Assembly (NCBI RefSeq): GCF_030028105.1
Contig: NC_092371.1
Span: 40,476,439 to 40,540,438 of the forward strand
Direction of reading: 5' to 3'
DNA: 64,000 bases
Source of the DNA: Mobula birostris
Lineage: Eukaryota
A model generated the notes under the pieces. It did no database searches and had not been told where the DNA came from. It saw only the letters and a list, made by a program, of their open reading frames with translations. Position 1 is the stretch's first letter, and each line of letters opens with the position of its first letter. Shown here in pieces: positions 63,575 to 64,000 of the stretch. Made by a program: the position numbers and the translations under genes.

Positions 63575-63815
63575 ACTTCCTCCTTTTCTGCAGCGGTGAC
63601 ACTGTCCCTGATCAACAGTGCCATGCCCCCACCTCTTTTGCCCCCCTCCCCGTCCTTTCTAAAACATCTAAAGCCTGGCACTTGAAATAGCCATTCCTGC
63701 CCCCGCACCATCCAAGTCTCACTAATGGCCACAACATCATAGCTCCAAGTGCTGATGCACGCTCTAAGCTCATCTGCTTTGTTCATAATACTCTTTGCAT
63801 TAAAATAGACACAGC
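63575..63815 (-). mobile_element. Inverted CR1 endonuclease N-terminal fragment
   Basis: MNKADELRACISTWSYDVVAISETW…ALLIRDSVTAAEKEE, closely similar to 61025-61263. Confidence 0.85.
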
Positions 63816-64000
63816 TATTGTAAATCTAGTCAGCTCCATCTTGGGTACTAGCCTACAAAGTATGCAGGACATCTTTAGGAAGCAGTGTCCCAGAAAGGCA
63901 GCGTCCATTATTAAAGACCTCCAGCACCCAGGGCATGCCCTTTTCTCACTGCTACCATCAGGTAGGAGGTACAGAAGCCTGAAGGCACACACTCAGCGAT
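63816..64000 (+). mobile_element. Rex1/Babar-like LINE 3' coding region (runs off window)
   Basis: KAASIIKDLQHPGHALFSLLPSGRRYRSLK. Confidence 0.8.

Noticed and set aside
50118-64000. SALL4 exons 3-4 (terminal zinc-finger cluster)
   Set aside because: No C2H2 or FTTKGNLK-coding segment was found. They presumably lie beyond the window.

Overview
Vertebrate genomic DNA. The repeat repertoire (CR1/HER1-like, Rex1/Babar, V-SINEs, Penelope-like tails) suggests a cartilaginous fish, probably a ray; this is inference. The only host gene is a spalt-like zinc-finger gene on the + strand, best called SALL4. It has a CpG-enriched promoter at ~20150-20420, coding exon 1 at 20424-20490, a 27,011-nt intron 1 and a 2,616-nt exon 2 at 47502-50117. 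Later exons were not found in the window. The rest is intergenic or intronic sequence with many decayed LINEs, SINEs, and hAT, Tigger-like and PIF/Harbinger DNA elements. The most notable signal is a family of Penelope-like-element terminal repeats carrying a minimal type I hammerhead ribozyme motif. It occurs as TSD-flanked insertions of four architectures: a 94-bp unit starting at the ribozyme, a 69-bp unit starting at the predicted cleavage site, a 223-bp fold-back palindrome, and a 2.2-kb inverted double-ended copy. Repeat boundaries without TSDs are approximate, and family names come from motif recognition, not database searches.
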